A DNA stretch of 59,082 bases from Octopus bimaculoides (lineage: Eukaryota), in the NCBI RefSeq assembly GCF_001194135.2, contig NC_069000.1, positions 12,562,019-12,621,100 of the forward strand, given 5' to 3'. A program made the position numbers and the translations under genes. Every line of letters starts with the position of its first letter. Position 1 is the stretch's first letter. Positions 27,061-39,540 of this stretch are shown here, piece after piece. The notes beneath the pieces were generated by a model. The model searched no databases, had not been told where the DNA came from, and saw only the letters and a program-made list of their open reading frames with translations.

Positions 27061-27638
27061 AGTATTGTATAATGTAGCATATTTTCAAGTAGAAATCGAA
27101 ATCATGTCACTTGGCTACCTAGTGTGGTTATCATTCCTGCTTAAAACTGACCAAAGAAGCCACCGTGTGAGACATGGCTGCTAAAAGCAGCAGCCTAACG
27201 TGTCCTTCAAATAAATCAATCAAATAATATCCTACGGTTTTTAGGAAAGAAAGACACGTACGATAATATTTTTGTGTGTTTTTCCGCAAAGGGTGAAAAA
27301 AAAAAAAAAAGGAGCACGGGACGGTTACGGTTGAGAGATGACCAGTGGCTTAACAAACTACGACAACAATATCCAAAACAAAAACAACAAGAAATATGAT
27401 GACAACAACGACGATGGTAAATAATGATTCGTCACGGTATCCCGTTGTGCTCTGTGAGCGTATATATTTCTTCCGGGATGTAATGTCATCGCCTGGATAT
27501 ATATATTCCCATTTGAACCTGGGCAGGTGTGTACTGAGGAATGTGTTACAGCGGTGTAGAATAACAGATGGATTGTCAAGCCAGCCGAACTCCACCAACT
27601 GTGTGTGCATACACACACACACATACACACACGCACAC

Positions 27639-27700
<62 letters not shown>

Positions 27701-27773
27701 GTATGTATATATGTATACATTAATATACATACATGTGTGGTATATTATTACATATACATACATATATACATAC

Positions 27774-27804
<31 letters not shown>

Positions 27805-28295
27805 CATGCATACTTATATACGTACATGATGTGCAGTGTGCGCACCTGGATGAGATTCATACAGGAAAACGAAATACCCCTGGTTCGTATCAGATAACCA
27901 ATACCAAAGAGTGTCCGTAGATAAAGTATACAACGCCCTCGTTGACCTTTTTCTTACAAGTAACTCAGTATCATACAAAGAAGATACAGTTATAAGGTTA
28001 ATTGCTGTATAACTAAAGCGTACTTTGTATCCTGGATTGCGAGGTTCGATTCTGAGCATGAAGCTTATCCGAAGGACAGCTTAGAAAACGGTGACATATC
28101 TTCAGCATATTATATAATCGCCAAGTTCTCTTTGATTACGAAATAAATTCTGTATACCGTCAAGCACACGCACAGAAACTTGTAAATTTTTGTTTGCATA
28201 TACATATATTTATGAATATGTATAAAGAATATACGCTCATTATATGCATACGTATATCTATGTATATATAAATGTCAGTATATATACATATAAAC

Positions 28296-28331
<36 letters not shown>

Positions 28332-29137
28332 NNNNNNNNNNNNNNNNNNNNNNNNNNNNNNNNNNNNNNNNNNNNNNNNNNNNNNNNNNNNNNNNNNNNN
28401 NNNNNNNNNNNNNNNNNNNNNNNNNNNNNNNNNNNNNNNNNNNNNNNNNNNNNNNNNNNNNNNNNNNNNNNNNNNNNNNNNNNNNNNNNNNNNNNNNNNN
28501 NNNNNNNNNNNNNNNNNNNNNNNNNNNNNNNNNNNNNNNNNNNNNNNNNNNNNNNNNNNNNNNNNNNNNNNNNNNNNNNNNNNNNNNNNNNNNNNNNNNN
28601 NNNNNNNNNNNNNNNNNNNNNNNNNNNNNNNNNNNNNNNNNNNNNNNNNNNNNNNNNNNNNNNNNNNNNNNNNNNNNNNNNNNNNNNNNNNNNNNNNNNN
28701 NNNNNNNNNNNNNNNNNNNNNNNNNNNNNNNNNNNNNNNNNNNNNNNNNNNNNNNNNNNNNNNNNNNNNNNNNNNNNNNNNNNNNNNNNNNNNNNNNNNN
28801 NNNNNNNNNNNNNNNNNNNNNNNNNNNNNNNNNNNNNNNNNNNNNNNNNNNNNNNNNNNNNNNNNNNNNNNNNNNNNNNNNNNNNNNNNNNNNNNNNNNN
28901 NNNNNNNNNNNNNNNNNNNNNNNNNNNNNNNNNNNNNNNNNNNNNNNNNNNNNNNNNNNNNNNNNNNNNNNNNNNNNNNNNNNNNNNNNNNNNNNNNNNN
29001 NNNNNNNNNNNNNNNNNNNNNNNNNNNNNNNNNNNNNNNNNNNNNNNNNNNNNNNNNNNNNNNNNNNNNNNNNNNNNNNNNNNNNNNNNNNNNNNNNNNN
29101 NNNNNNNNNNNNNNNNNNNNNAATCAGTTTATATATA

Positions 29138-29171
<34 letters not shown>

Positions 29172-29204
29172 CACATATATACACACACATATATATATAT
29201 TCCC

Positions 29205-29278
<74 letters not shown>

Positions 29279-29572
29279 TGAAAGACAATGGAACAGGAAG
29301 AAACGGAGAGCCAGTGTAGAACACATGTATTTGGAACGATGCACATATATTACATTAGGTCTAGAGTATTTTCAATAGAGTAAATGTTTCACATGAACAT
29401 CTCTACTCGTGAAGGCTATCCATCACAAAGCAAACATTATCAAGTTCATTCTATTACAATACAACAATGTCATAAACGATATCAGTCAACTAGATAAGGC
29501 CTCTTTGAGATTATACTATAATCAGACAAAATACATTTCATTTTTACCATGACTTGACCCTATATTAATGCC

Positions 29573-29605
<33 letters not shown>

Positions 29606-29910
29606 GCACAGATATATATGTACGTATGTATGTATATATGCATGTGTGTGTGTTTGTGTGTGTGCTGTTCCCTTGCGCGTCGTCCGTCGCGGACGCCGAT
29701 GCCTCAGCTCACTTTAGACGCGCGCCGGCAACGTCACCTCGCCTACGGCTATCTAGTCCAGTACGAGAGGAAACGCGGGATCAGAACAACGCTTGATAGC
29801 GCGATGGTGCAAACTGCCTCTGAGCAGTAACAGTCGAATGTCTCCAATCCTGAATCCGTGTCTGGACCCATGTTGTTTTCTAAATGCGTATATATATATA
29901 TATGTATATA

Positions 29911-30160
29911 TATATGATGTGTTGTGAATTTATGGAAAGAAATACCATAAAACTCAACGATTATGTTAAAAATAGGGAAGAGAAGATGTTAAAATATATA
30001 AGAGAATTTTAATTCATGCAGACGATCGTTTCGTACAAAGGTATAAAATCATGCAAATTAAAATTCTCTTATATATTTCAACATCTTCTCTTCTCCATTT
30101 TTAACAAAATTGTTGCGTTTTTTTGGGATTGCTTCCCATAAATCCACAACACATTATATA
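29911..30160. repeat. 250-bp foldback: ~110-bp inverted arms with a ~31-bp spacer (MITE-like)
   Basis: 29918-30020 versus the reverse complement of 30052-30153 is about 85-88% identical by eye, e.g. GAAGAGAAGATGTTAAAATATATAAGAGAATTTTAATT versus AATTAAAATTCTCTTATATATTTCAACATCTTCTCTTC. Confidence 0.95.
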
Positions 30161-30865
30161 CATCATAACACTATACATCATAACTCTTATTTTCAAATTC
30201 GCAAATTTACGCCTATAAACTACCAGCAAAACATGAAGAATCAATATTAGAAATCTGTTTTGGAAATCTTCAAATTAAAGGACGAATCTAATTCAACATT
30301 TTTACACCTATATATATATATATATATATATATATANNNNNNNNNNNNNNNNNNNNNNNNNNNNNNNNNNNNNNNNNNNNNNNNNNNNNNNNNNNNNNNN
30401 NNNNNNNNNNNNNNNNNNNNNNNNNNNNNNNNNNNNNNNNNNNNNNNNNNNNNNNNNNNNNNNNNNNNNNNNNNNNNNNNNNNNNNNNNNNNNNNNNNNN
30501 NNNNNNNNNNNNNNNNNNNNNNNNNNNNNNNNTATATATATATATTGCATGTGTGAGTGTGAATATGCATGCGAATGCGTTTGTGAGTGAGAAGAATACG
30601 TAAGGAAATGTCGAAAAATAATTCATATGAAATGCATACATATGAAAATAACGGACCTAAAATAATTATGTCTGATAATAGGACATTTGAATATAAACAT
30701 CTACGCCTCTGTGTGTATTTGTGTATGTGTGTGTCCATGTCTCTATGTGTATAAGTGCGTGTATTTGTGTGTGTGTGTGTATGTCTCTATGTGAATAATT
30801 GCGTGAGTGAATGTATGAATGAATGTGTGTGTGTGTGTCTGTGTGTGTATCTGTGTGTGTGTGTA

Positions 30866-30922
<57 letters not shown>

Positions 30923-30952
30923 TTGTGTCTATCTGCAACCAAGATAGATATA

Positions 30953-31003
30953 CAGTTTTATATTTTATAACACTATCAGTTTTATATTTTATAACACTAT
31001 CAG
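30953..31003 (+). repeat. 24-bp perfect tandem duplication
   Basis: CAGTTTTATATTTTATAACACTAT x 2, then CAG. Confidence 0.9.
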
Positions 31004-31377
31004 ATATGAAATATCTAAAAATCATTGATATATCTTGGAGATCCGAAACATTATACTCGAGGTCTGTACTGAGAACTAAACAGGGGATATAAATTAATTT
31101 TTCTTTGACTTTCATCCCCTGAGGGTTAATAAAGTATTCTTAATGTCATGTGTATTACTGATAGCATCATTAATACTGCTACTTCTAGTAATATGAACTT
31201 CATTTCACTAGTTCAGTTTACTGTTGGAAGGAATGGCGTATTTAATGATTACATTGATCACGATATATAATTTGTGTACATAATTTTAACCCCCAAATAT
31301 ATTTGAAGCAATCTCAAAAATGGTAGTATTGGAAACGGGTGTTGAACCCGAATTAATTTGAAAGTGCTGCATAAGGG

Positions 31378-31562
31378 TCAGACGTGGCTATGTGGTAAGA
31401 AGCTTGCTTCCCAACTGCATGGTGCCTGGTTCAGTCCCACTGCATGGTACCTTCGGCAAGTGGCTTCTATTATAACCTCGGGCTGACCAAAGTTTTGTGA
31501 GTGGATTTGTTAGACGGAAACTAAAAGAAGCTCATCATATATGCATGTGTGTGTGTGTGTGT

Positions 31563-31601
<39 letters not shown>

Positions 31602-31915
31602 TCCCCTTCACCGCTTAACAACCAGTGTTGGTGTACTTATGGATATATATATATATATATATATGTTTGTGTGTGTATGTGACTTCGTTTCTGCGTTTTT
31701 CCCCTACCCCCAACCCCTGTTCCCTCGACAAACAATGTTGGTTTTATTTCCATCGCCGTAGCATAGCTGTTCGGCAAAAGAGACCTATAAGATAAGTACA
31801 GGACTTGAAACAATTATATAAGTACTGGGCTGAATTTGTTCGAATTAATCCCTTTGAGGTGGTGCCCCAACATGGCCGTAATCCAATGACAGAAGTGATA
31901 AAAATATAAGAAAAA
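31378..31915 (+). mobile_element. SINE family B, full length, with expanded internal microsatellites
   Basis: Head GTGGCTATGTGGTAAGAAGCTTGCTTCCCAAC, B-box-like GGTTCAGTCCC, CORE-like ACCTTCGGCAAGTG, internal (TG)n/(TA)n, and 3' GTTCGGCAAAAGAGACC...GGTGCCCCAACATGGCCG. Confidence 0.88.
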
Positions 31916-32810
31916 GATAACCACTACTGTTAGATTCTAAGCTTGAATTTAATGAACTACAGACTGTATAAGCAAAGCAGGAAGAATGCCGGCACGACAA
32001 CAGTCACAAACATTTACCGACTTCATTAAAACTTCCCCTGCCCTCCTCTATCAATCCATTATAAGTTCTGATAGTGTTATGATATTTACATTCACGGGGT
32101 CATGAATTGGACAATTGACCTTTTTACTACCACTAATAACCATGGCAGCAGCAATAACAACAACCTCAACAACAACAACAACAACGCTAACAAGAGGAGA
32201 GTAAGACATTAAACAACAGAGATAATGACGTTTACCTTTGGATTAGGCTGGTTTTTGTCAGGAAATGTGAACTAAATAGGTTCTTTCTTTTTTTTTATAA
32301 TATTGTGAAGTTGTTGATTTATTGAAATGAGTGCAAATTAGGAAAACACTAAACTATAGAGGTTCTCTTTAATTTTCTCCCCCCCCCCTTAATTTTCATC
32401 TGAAGCACAGTGCATTATCTCATAATCTTCGCAATTCCATAGACACACACACACACACACACGAATATGTATGTAAAACATGGTAACTGTTTTTATTTTT
32501 CATTCCCTTCGAATTTGCTCTTCACTGTGGTTGGGACTTTTTGACTGTTCTTTCTATTATGTTAGGCAACCTGTTAAGGCTCACCTCTTTTGTGTTTAAA
32601 TCTACACTAATTTCTATTTGAAAAATATGACACTGGTAGAAAAAATTTCTATAATTTTTCCTACCCTATATAAATCTTAAGAAATGATTTTAACACTTCT
32701 GAAGTTTAATCGGAATTTCTATTTGCAGCCGATTGAATCTGCGCTTGCACGGAGGATTTAAGAAACATTACTCCAAAGACTCTTAAAGAAACTCCAATTT
32801 AGCCACTTGT

Positions 32811-33066
32811 GGAGGCACGTGGCTTAGTGGTTAGGGTGTCGGATTCATGATCGCAAGATTGTGGTTTCGATTCACGGAGCAGGCAACGAGTTGTATTCTT
32901 GAACAAAACACTTCATTTCAAGTTTCTCCAGTCCTCTCAACTGGCAAAGATGAGTAATCCTGCGATGAACCGGCGTCCCGTCCATGTGGGGAATTATACG
33001 CCATGAAACCGAGAAACCGGGAAACCGGGAAACCTTATGAGTTAGCATAACTCGGGAAGGTAACTT
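32811..33066 (+). mobile_element. tRNA-derived SINE family D
   Basis: A-box TGGCTTAGTGG, B-box GGTTTCGATTC, TTCTTGAACAAAACACTTCATTTC and a GAAACCGG tandem near the 3' end. Homologous to 38403. Confidence 0.88.
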
Positions 33067-33919
33067 TAATTCAGCCACTCGTATTCATGCTCGTACTCTT
33101 TTCCTCATTACTGAACATTCATGACCTTAGATAAAGATAAGCAAGAAAACCGAAATACCAGCTTCTCCTGTTTTAACTATCGAATGCTGGGGATGGCGTA
33201 TTACCGTGCCAGCACTTGCACTTCTAGCACCCATTTCAAGGTGGATACGGGCCAAAGATATATAAAGTTTCTCGTTTGTCTCGGTGATGTTCTACTAACA
33301 TGTAGTGCACGACGAAGTCTTTTTTCGAGAAGACAAATATCAACCCTCTTTGCAGCAATCAACATCAAACATTTACAGTGCACGCTGAAAACAGTACAAC
33401 AGGTTTCACTTAAATGAAATAAAAAGATTTTAAAAATTATCAGACGACCACAACAAATCTACGGAAACCGGGAAGTAACAGCAGGCAATAACGGACAAAA
33501 AAACTTCCTTAGGAGAAAAAAAAAAAAAAAGAGAGAGAGGGAGGAAGAGTTAATAACATTGACAGTAAATTGGATAAGCAGAAGAAAATAGTTAAAGACA
33601 GTCTTGTTAGAGAATGAGTTGGGGGTGGGTTTTTGGCAGCAACGTGGAGTCATTAATTTTTGACAACGAAGTAGCCACCGTTTATCCTTGTTACCTCGCC
33701 CTACCACTGGCTGAAGCAATTAGAGTAGTTCAAAATTACTGCGATGAGAACGGGGACCTTCACCTCATTATCGTGTCTATTTTGTTAACAATATGTCTAT
33801 TAAGGATCACTTAAATCTGAATGAAAGTTTATTAGTTCTTCTTTATGTGGGTATGTCAAAAGGGGTGGGGATGACAAGAGAACACAATCCCCTACGCTCT
33901 TGGAGACATACAAATACAC

Positions 33920-33932
33920 ATGTGCGCGCGCA

Positions 33933-33969
<37 letters not shown>

Positions 33970-34345
33970 GCACGCGCACACACTTATATGAATGTTTCGA
34001 TACACACACACACACATGCGCGTAGACACACACATACGCATACACACGCGCGCGCACACACATATATGAAGGTATATGTGTAGATACACACACACACACA
34101 CGCGCGCGCATACATACTAACACACACGCACACTTACACACACACGCGCATGCGTATTCACATATATGAAGGTATATATAGAGAGAGATATACACGCATA
34201 TATAAACACACACACACCCACACACGCACGCACTTTCTCTCACGTGGCTTGGAAGCAAATTTCTTCGAGACGTCGCCGTACAGACACACAAACACGCGCA
34301 TACACACACATAGATACATGTACACACAGAGACACAGAAATGTGT
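33920..34345. repeat. Alternating CA/CG low-complexity block with a recurring CACATATATGAAGGTATAT motif
   Basis: The motif occurs at about 34058 and 34158, with a variant at about 33980. Confidence 0.8.
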
Positions 34346-34695
34346 GTGTGTGTATGAATGCAGATGTATATATTGCATGTGTGCATAAGGAAGTATATAT
34401 TTCTACGTACGTATGTACACATGTATGTATTATGTGTGTGTGTGTGTATGTGTCTGTTTCTATGTGCGCTTGTCCCCACCACAATGTGACAACCAGGTTT
34501 TTTACGTTTTCGTAACCTAGCGATTCGGCAAAACGGAACAGACAGAATAAGTACCACTGATGTATCGCTACATACATGCCTAAGCTTTCTTGTCTATATG
34601 TATATATTCGTATATAAGCGTTATTAAAGAACTACTTTCGTAATTTAAGTGTTGGGCAAATTACGTGTAAGGCCGGCCGGATATACAATTTGACA

Positions 34696-34733
<38 letters not shown>

Positions 34734-37211
34734 CTATATGTGCACAGCCTTGGGTGCACAAAACTGCATACATGTATATGTAAAAGTCTCAAACTCCTGC
34801 GTTTCTTTACAGTATTTCGACATGATAATTATTACGAGGCGGTATTTTACATAGCGGAAATGTAAAACTTTTCAACTTGTCAACGTTGCCACAATTATCC
34901 AGCTAGACAAGTTATCTATCTGACTCAATGATATTATCTCAACTGCCAACAATGGTTACAGCATCGGTCTAAAAGGGTTTCTTGTCAATTTTCACATTTA
35001 ACTTTCAACACTGAATTCTAAACTCACTTCATAGTCCCCAATCTGTCTCATTAAGTTACTGGGCATGCAAGGACATTCTGGATGGCTGAGATATCAGAAA
35101 TACTTTACAGATTTTCCATGTGAATCACAACAATATTATAGCAAAGGAGATGAAATCAAACTAGAGAGGAAAATGGCTGCAAATCGTTTAAGTTGTCAGA
35201 GCGTTGAACCCGACTGTATTGCTGATGTCAGCGTTGCATTTCATTATACTTTTTTTGGTTGTTGAAATAGCATACCAGTTATGTACTCGGATCGGTGATA
35301 TAGATTAAGTCGGTTTCCTCAAAATTGCTAACCGTGAACCTAAATTACAAATAACTGTAATTCCATTCCCATCTAAGAGACATTATAGTGATGCAAATAT
35401 TTTACAGGCCTTTACTGGATTTTTACTTTTTATGCAGTCAACACCGAAAGGAAAAGTTGATCTAGGCCACATTTGAACTTAGAAGTTAAGGGTCCATAAC
35501 TAGATAAAGTACTGTATTTTCTCTGACACCGTATATCGTGTGACAATCTACCGGAGTTCAGTTAGTTTGTTATTCAGCAATAGTCACCATAAAATTTTTT
35601 AGGTAGACTAAATTTAAAGCAAATAGGTTGACTAAAGTTGATCATACTTTGGGTTAGTCCACTAGCATTGTTAGATAAACGGTTACGCCTTTACTAAGAT
35701 CAAATAAACTGATGTAGATTTCATGACATTCTTAAATAAACATTTAATCCTTATTAACTTTATTAGGCAAAATTTGTCAAGACTTTATTAATACTACCGC
35801 ATAAATTGTTACGTCTGCACTTCCGTTCTTAGTTCACATGCTATCGAAGTCAACTTTACCAGTCATTCCTCCGGGATCGATGAAATACAATACCAGTCAA
35901 ATGCTAAATTAGATAGTATCGACTAAACTCCTTCCGTCAAAGCGCTGGCTTTGTGTAGAAATCAGAAGACATTATTAATTATTAACACATTATTAGAAAT
36001 AAACGATATTATTTAGGCATGAAGATTTTAACATTTCAGAAGAGAAGAATAGCAATAATAAGAAGCAGAAGTGCAGAAAAAATATGTAGAATTTAGATAT
36101 TATTAAGTCACTTGATGGGAGGTGTCAGCATTATAATTTAATTTTTCAAACTCAGTCGATTTGTCACACACTTTCTTCACCGAACAACACCACCAGCTCT
36201 GGTTCGTCACCATAAACTAATTTATCTTAAGCTACACATGGCTAGGTTTCCACAAGGGAATGAAGGGAACGATAATGCTCGCATGAATGTTGAGAATATT
36301 GTGGCTGATAAAGCTTGCCAGATTTCTGGATGACTTCACAAGTTTATAACAAATATTGTTACTACTGTCCCAGTGGCTGGCAACCGTGACGATATGCTCT
36401 ATTACGTTCTAATGCTATAGAGCAAATGCTAATACAGTGATAACAAGTGAACCATATTATTATTGCTCAATTGATGAATGTCAGATTAAAGGTTTTGATT
36501 TGCTGGAGAACGAAACTGGGAGGCGTGGGAGGAAGTGAGTAACGGCTTCTATAATTATTATCTTGTTTATAATTCAGACTGATTGCACAGTTGTTAAGAT
36601 GTCTGAATATGCGCCGAAGTTTCGCATTTCATCAAGAGCAACAGTTTTTCTTGTATCGGCATTTAACTGTCATATGGAGTTCGCCTATACATAGAAAGTA
36701 TAACACATTACGGGGAATTGAAAGTTAGCTTCGTGGTTTCAGGTTGGAACACTCTGGCCAACTGACTCTGGCCAAATTACTTTTGTTGCAATCTCTTGTT
36801 GGCCAGTATCATGTGAGTTAACTGTGGACGAAAGCGTGTGAAATGTGTATGTATGTATGCACGTATGTATACACACATATAGATGTGTGTGTATGTACGT
36901 GTGTGTGTACACGCGCATATATGTATGTATGCACGCATTTATGTGTTTGTTTATGTTGGGGGACGAGTATGAATGCAGGGGAATATTTAAGGTTTTTCGT
37001 AACCGCAAGATCCCGGGTTCGATTCCATTGCGTGCCATCTTAGGAAAATGTCATTTTCTACAGTCAGGGAACTGACCCATAACTTATAAGTAAAACATGT
37101 GTGTGTGTGTGTGTGTGTATGATTGTATCTATCTACATATTTGTATATCTATCTATCTTTTTCTCTCCCCCTCTCTCTATATATCTTTACATACATATAA
37201 ATGAGAATGTA

Positions 37212-37270
<59 letters not shown>

Positions 37271-38142
37271 TAATATCGATTAATTATCAGGAGGCCAGCA
37301 CATCTAAAGAATCAATATATATATATATACATATAATTTGTGAGTGAGTTGCAAAAGAATGTTTTATTGTGTGAGGAAATATTAACACAGAAGGATCATC
37401 ACAGGAGAAATATAAATCCACATATATATACAATACAAATAAATAGACCTCTAAAGTGAAAAAAAAAACGCCAACAAAAAAAAAAGCAGAAAAGAAAAGC
37501 GTCCGTAGATAATCAAATCCCTTGAAATATCGCTACGTTTAACTACCACGTACGTAGACCATCACCATCACCATCACCATCACCATAGCCAGCAAGGAAA
37601 CAAATAATGAAAGCAAAGAAAGCAAAAATGAAAAGGAAAGCTGTATGAGTGAATAAATTATAATGGTGTTGGGATTACGGATGGCAGACGTGTCATGAGC
37701 CAGGAGTGACACGTCCTGAGTGACAGCTTCCGTTGAAGAAGCACGCTTGTTAAGGGCAACTGTTCTCATTTCAGTGGAAGCTCGCAGATGTTGAACGCAG
37801 TCGGCTGACATTTGAGCCAAGCAAGAAAGAGTAAACTAACGACACGAACGAGGTAAATAAAATATATGAAAAATTCTCCATCACTCTTCTGTCAGAAGAG
37901 CTCCCTTTCTCCACTCCCNNNNNNNNNNNNNNNNNNNNNNNNNNNNNNNNNNNNNNNNNNNNNNNNNNNNNNNNNNNNNNNNNNNNNNNNNNNNNNNNNN
38001 NNNNNNNNNNNNNNNNNNNNNNNNNNNNNNNNNNNGTGTGTGTTATAGATGTAAACATTCATATGTGTGAATGTATATATATATATATACAAATACATTG
38101 ATTGATAGGTAGAGATAGACCGACAGAAAAATAGATAGATAA

Positions 38143-38180
<38 letters not shown>

Positions 38181-38402
38181 GCGATTTTCTGTGCCATGTA
38201 CTTTCCTCTATGTATTGATATACAAAATCCTTCTACATATTACCGTGTAGCTTGTTCGCAGTACTCCGAGTAAGAGGTTTAAACTGAAAGAGTATCGTCT
38301 AAACCTGCCAGCAAACATTTCTTGAACCTTTCCAGGAAACTTACAATTAGCTATTTTAATAAGAATAGCGAATATTTGATTAAAAGTAGGTTCGGTACGT
38401 TG

Positions 38403-38645
38403 AGGCGCGTGGCATCGTGGTTAGGGGTGTTGGACTCATGATCGTAAGATTGTGGTTTCGTTTCCTAGACCGGGCGACCAGTTTTTTTCTTGAGCAAAAC
38501 ACTTCATTTCGTGTTGCTCCAGTCCACTCACTGGCCAAAATTAGTAAACCTGCAACGGACCAGCGTCCCGTTCAGGGAGCGAGGAAGATATACGCCACTA
38601 AAACCGGCCCTCATTAGCTTGGCATGGGTCGTGAAGGGAACATTT
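38403..38645 (+). mobile_element. SINE family D
   Basis: GGCGCGTGGCATCGTGGTTAGGGGTGTTGGACTCATGATCGTAAGATTGTGGTTTCG...TTCTTGAGCAAAACACTTCATTTC. Confidence 0.88.
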
Positions 38646-38689
38646 TTATATTCGGTACATGTTTTTGTTATACGAAATATTGATTTCAG

Positions 38690-38850
38690 ATTTTGGCACA
38701 AGGCCAGCAATTTCGGAGAAAGTAGTATGTCGATTACTTTGCTCCAGTACTTGCCTGGTACTTAAAAGATAAAAGGCAAAATTGACTTCGCTGGCATTCG
38801 AACCTAGAACGTAAGCATTTTGCCCGGCTACCAATTCCGCCACCTTATCA
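38690..38850 (-). mobile_element. SINE family A, decayed
   Basis: GGCACAAGGCC...GTCGATTAC...CTGGTACTT...AAAGGCAAAATTGACTTCG...TTCGAACCTAGAACGTAA. Confidence 0.65.
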
Positions 38851-39029
38851 CCTTCGTTAAACGAAATATTGAAATCAATAATAATAGTAGATTTGGTTTT
38901 ATAAATCGAAATGTATTAATGAGGTATTGAAATTTTTTGAATCGGATTCATGGTTAGAAGTTATTAAACATGATTTTTATTTCAAAATGTTTAGAAAAAA
39001 TAATTTAACTCAGGCATTCTGAAGGTGAA

Positions 39030-39340
39030 CGATTAGCAAAATGGGATCATCGACTAGAAGCAGAGGCAAGTGTATTTGAAGGCAGTTCTGCCTGTGGTCT
39101 GGTCACTTGAAACGCGTCTCAGTTTCCGTGGGGAAAAAAAACAGAGCTCTTAAGCCAATGACAGAAGAAGCTGAAAAGATTTCTAACGTTATCTGGCCAA
39201 AGAGGAAAAGAAGTGAATACCGGAAGACATAATTTACCTTACGTTCAACTGGCGTCACAAACTCAACTGGTTACAAAACCCAAGAGAACTAGGGTCCGGG
39301 CATCTTCAATACCTAAGGGGTTTTCAATACAAATAGTGGC
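39030..39340 (+). mobile_element. Possible highly decayed RTE LINE fragment (region C-terminal to RT)
   Basis: Across frameshifts it reads QVYLKAVLPVVWSLETR, then RRS*K/ISNVIWPKRKRSE, then LGSGHL. These are colinear with RTE motifs VY.AVVLP.LLYG.ETW, RR.LR.IL.I.W...I.NEE and L.W.GH. The match is weak. Confidence 0.35.
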
Positions 39341-39488
39341 ACAGGAGGTAACTGCAGAGGAGTATCTAAGATTCATGACCCGGATGCAGCCCGCCCCTCT
39401 TGAAGTGGATGGTGTTAAGGTCTCAAACACTTACATGACGTGTATTTGTATGTCTGTGTGTATGCTTGTTTGTTTGTTTCATTTGTGT

Positions 39489-39540
<52 letters not shown>

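Noticed and set aside
32635-32665. 13-bp stem-loop GGTAGAAAAAATT / AATTTTTCCTACC
   Set aside because: It is AT-rich and isolated, and such stems are expected occasionally by chance in 59 kb.
34834-34860. TACGAGG mariner-like TIR start
   Set aside because: There is no partner TIR or transposase remnant nearby.
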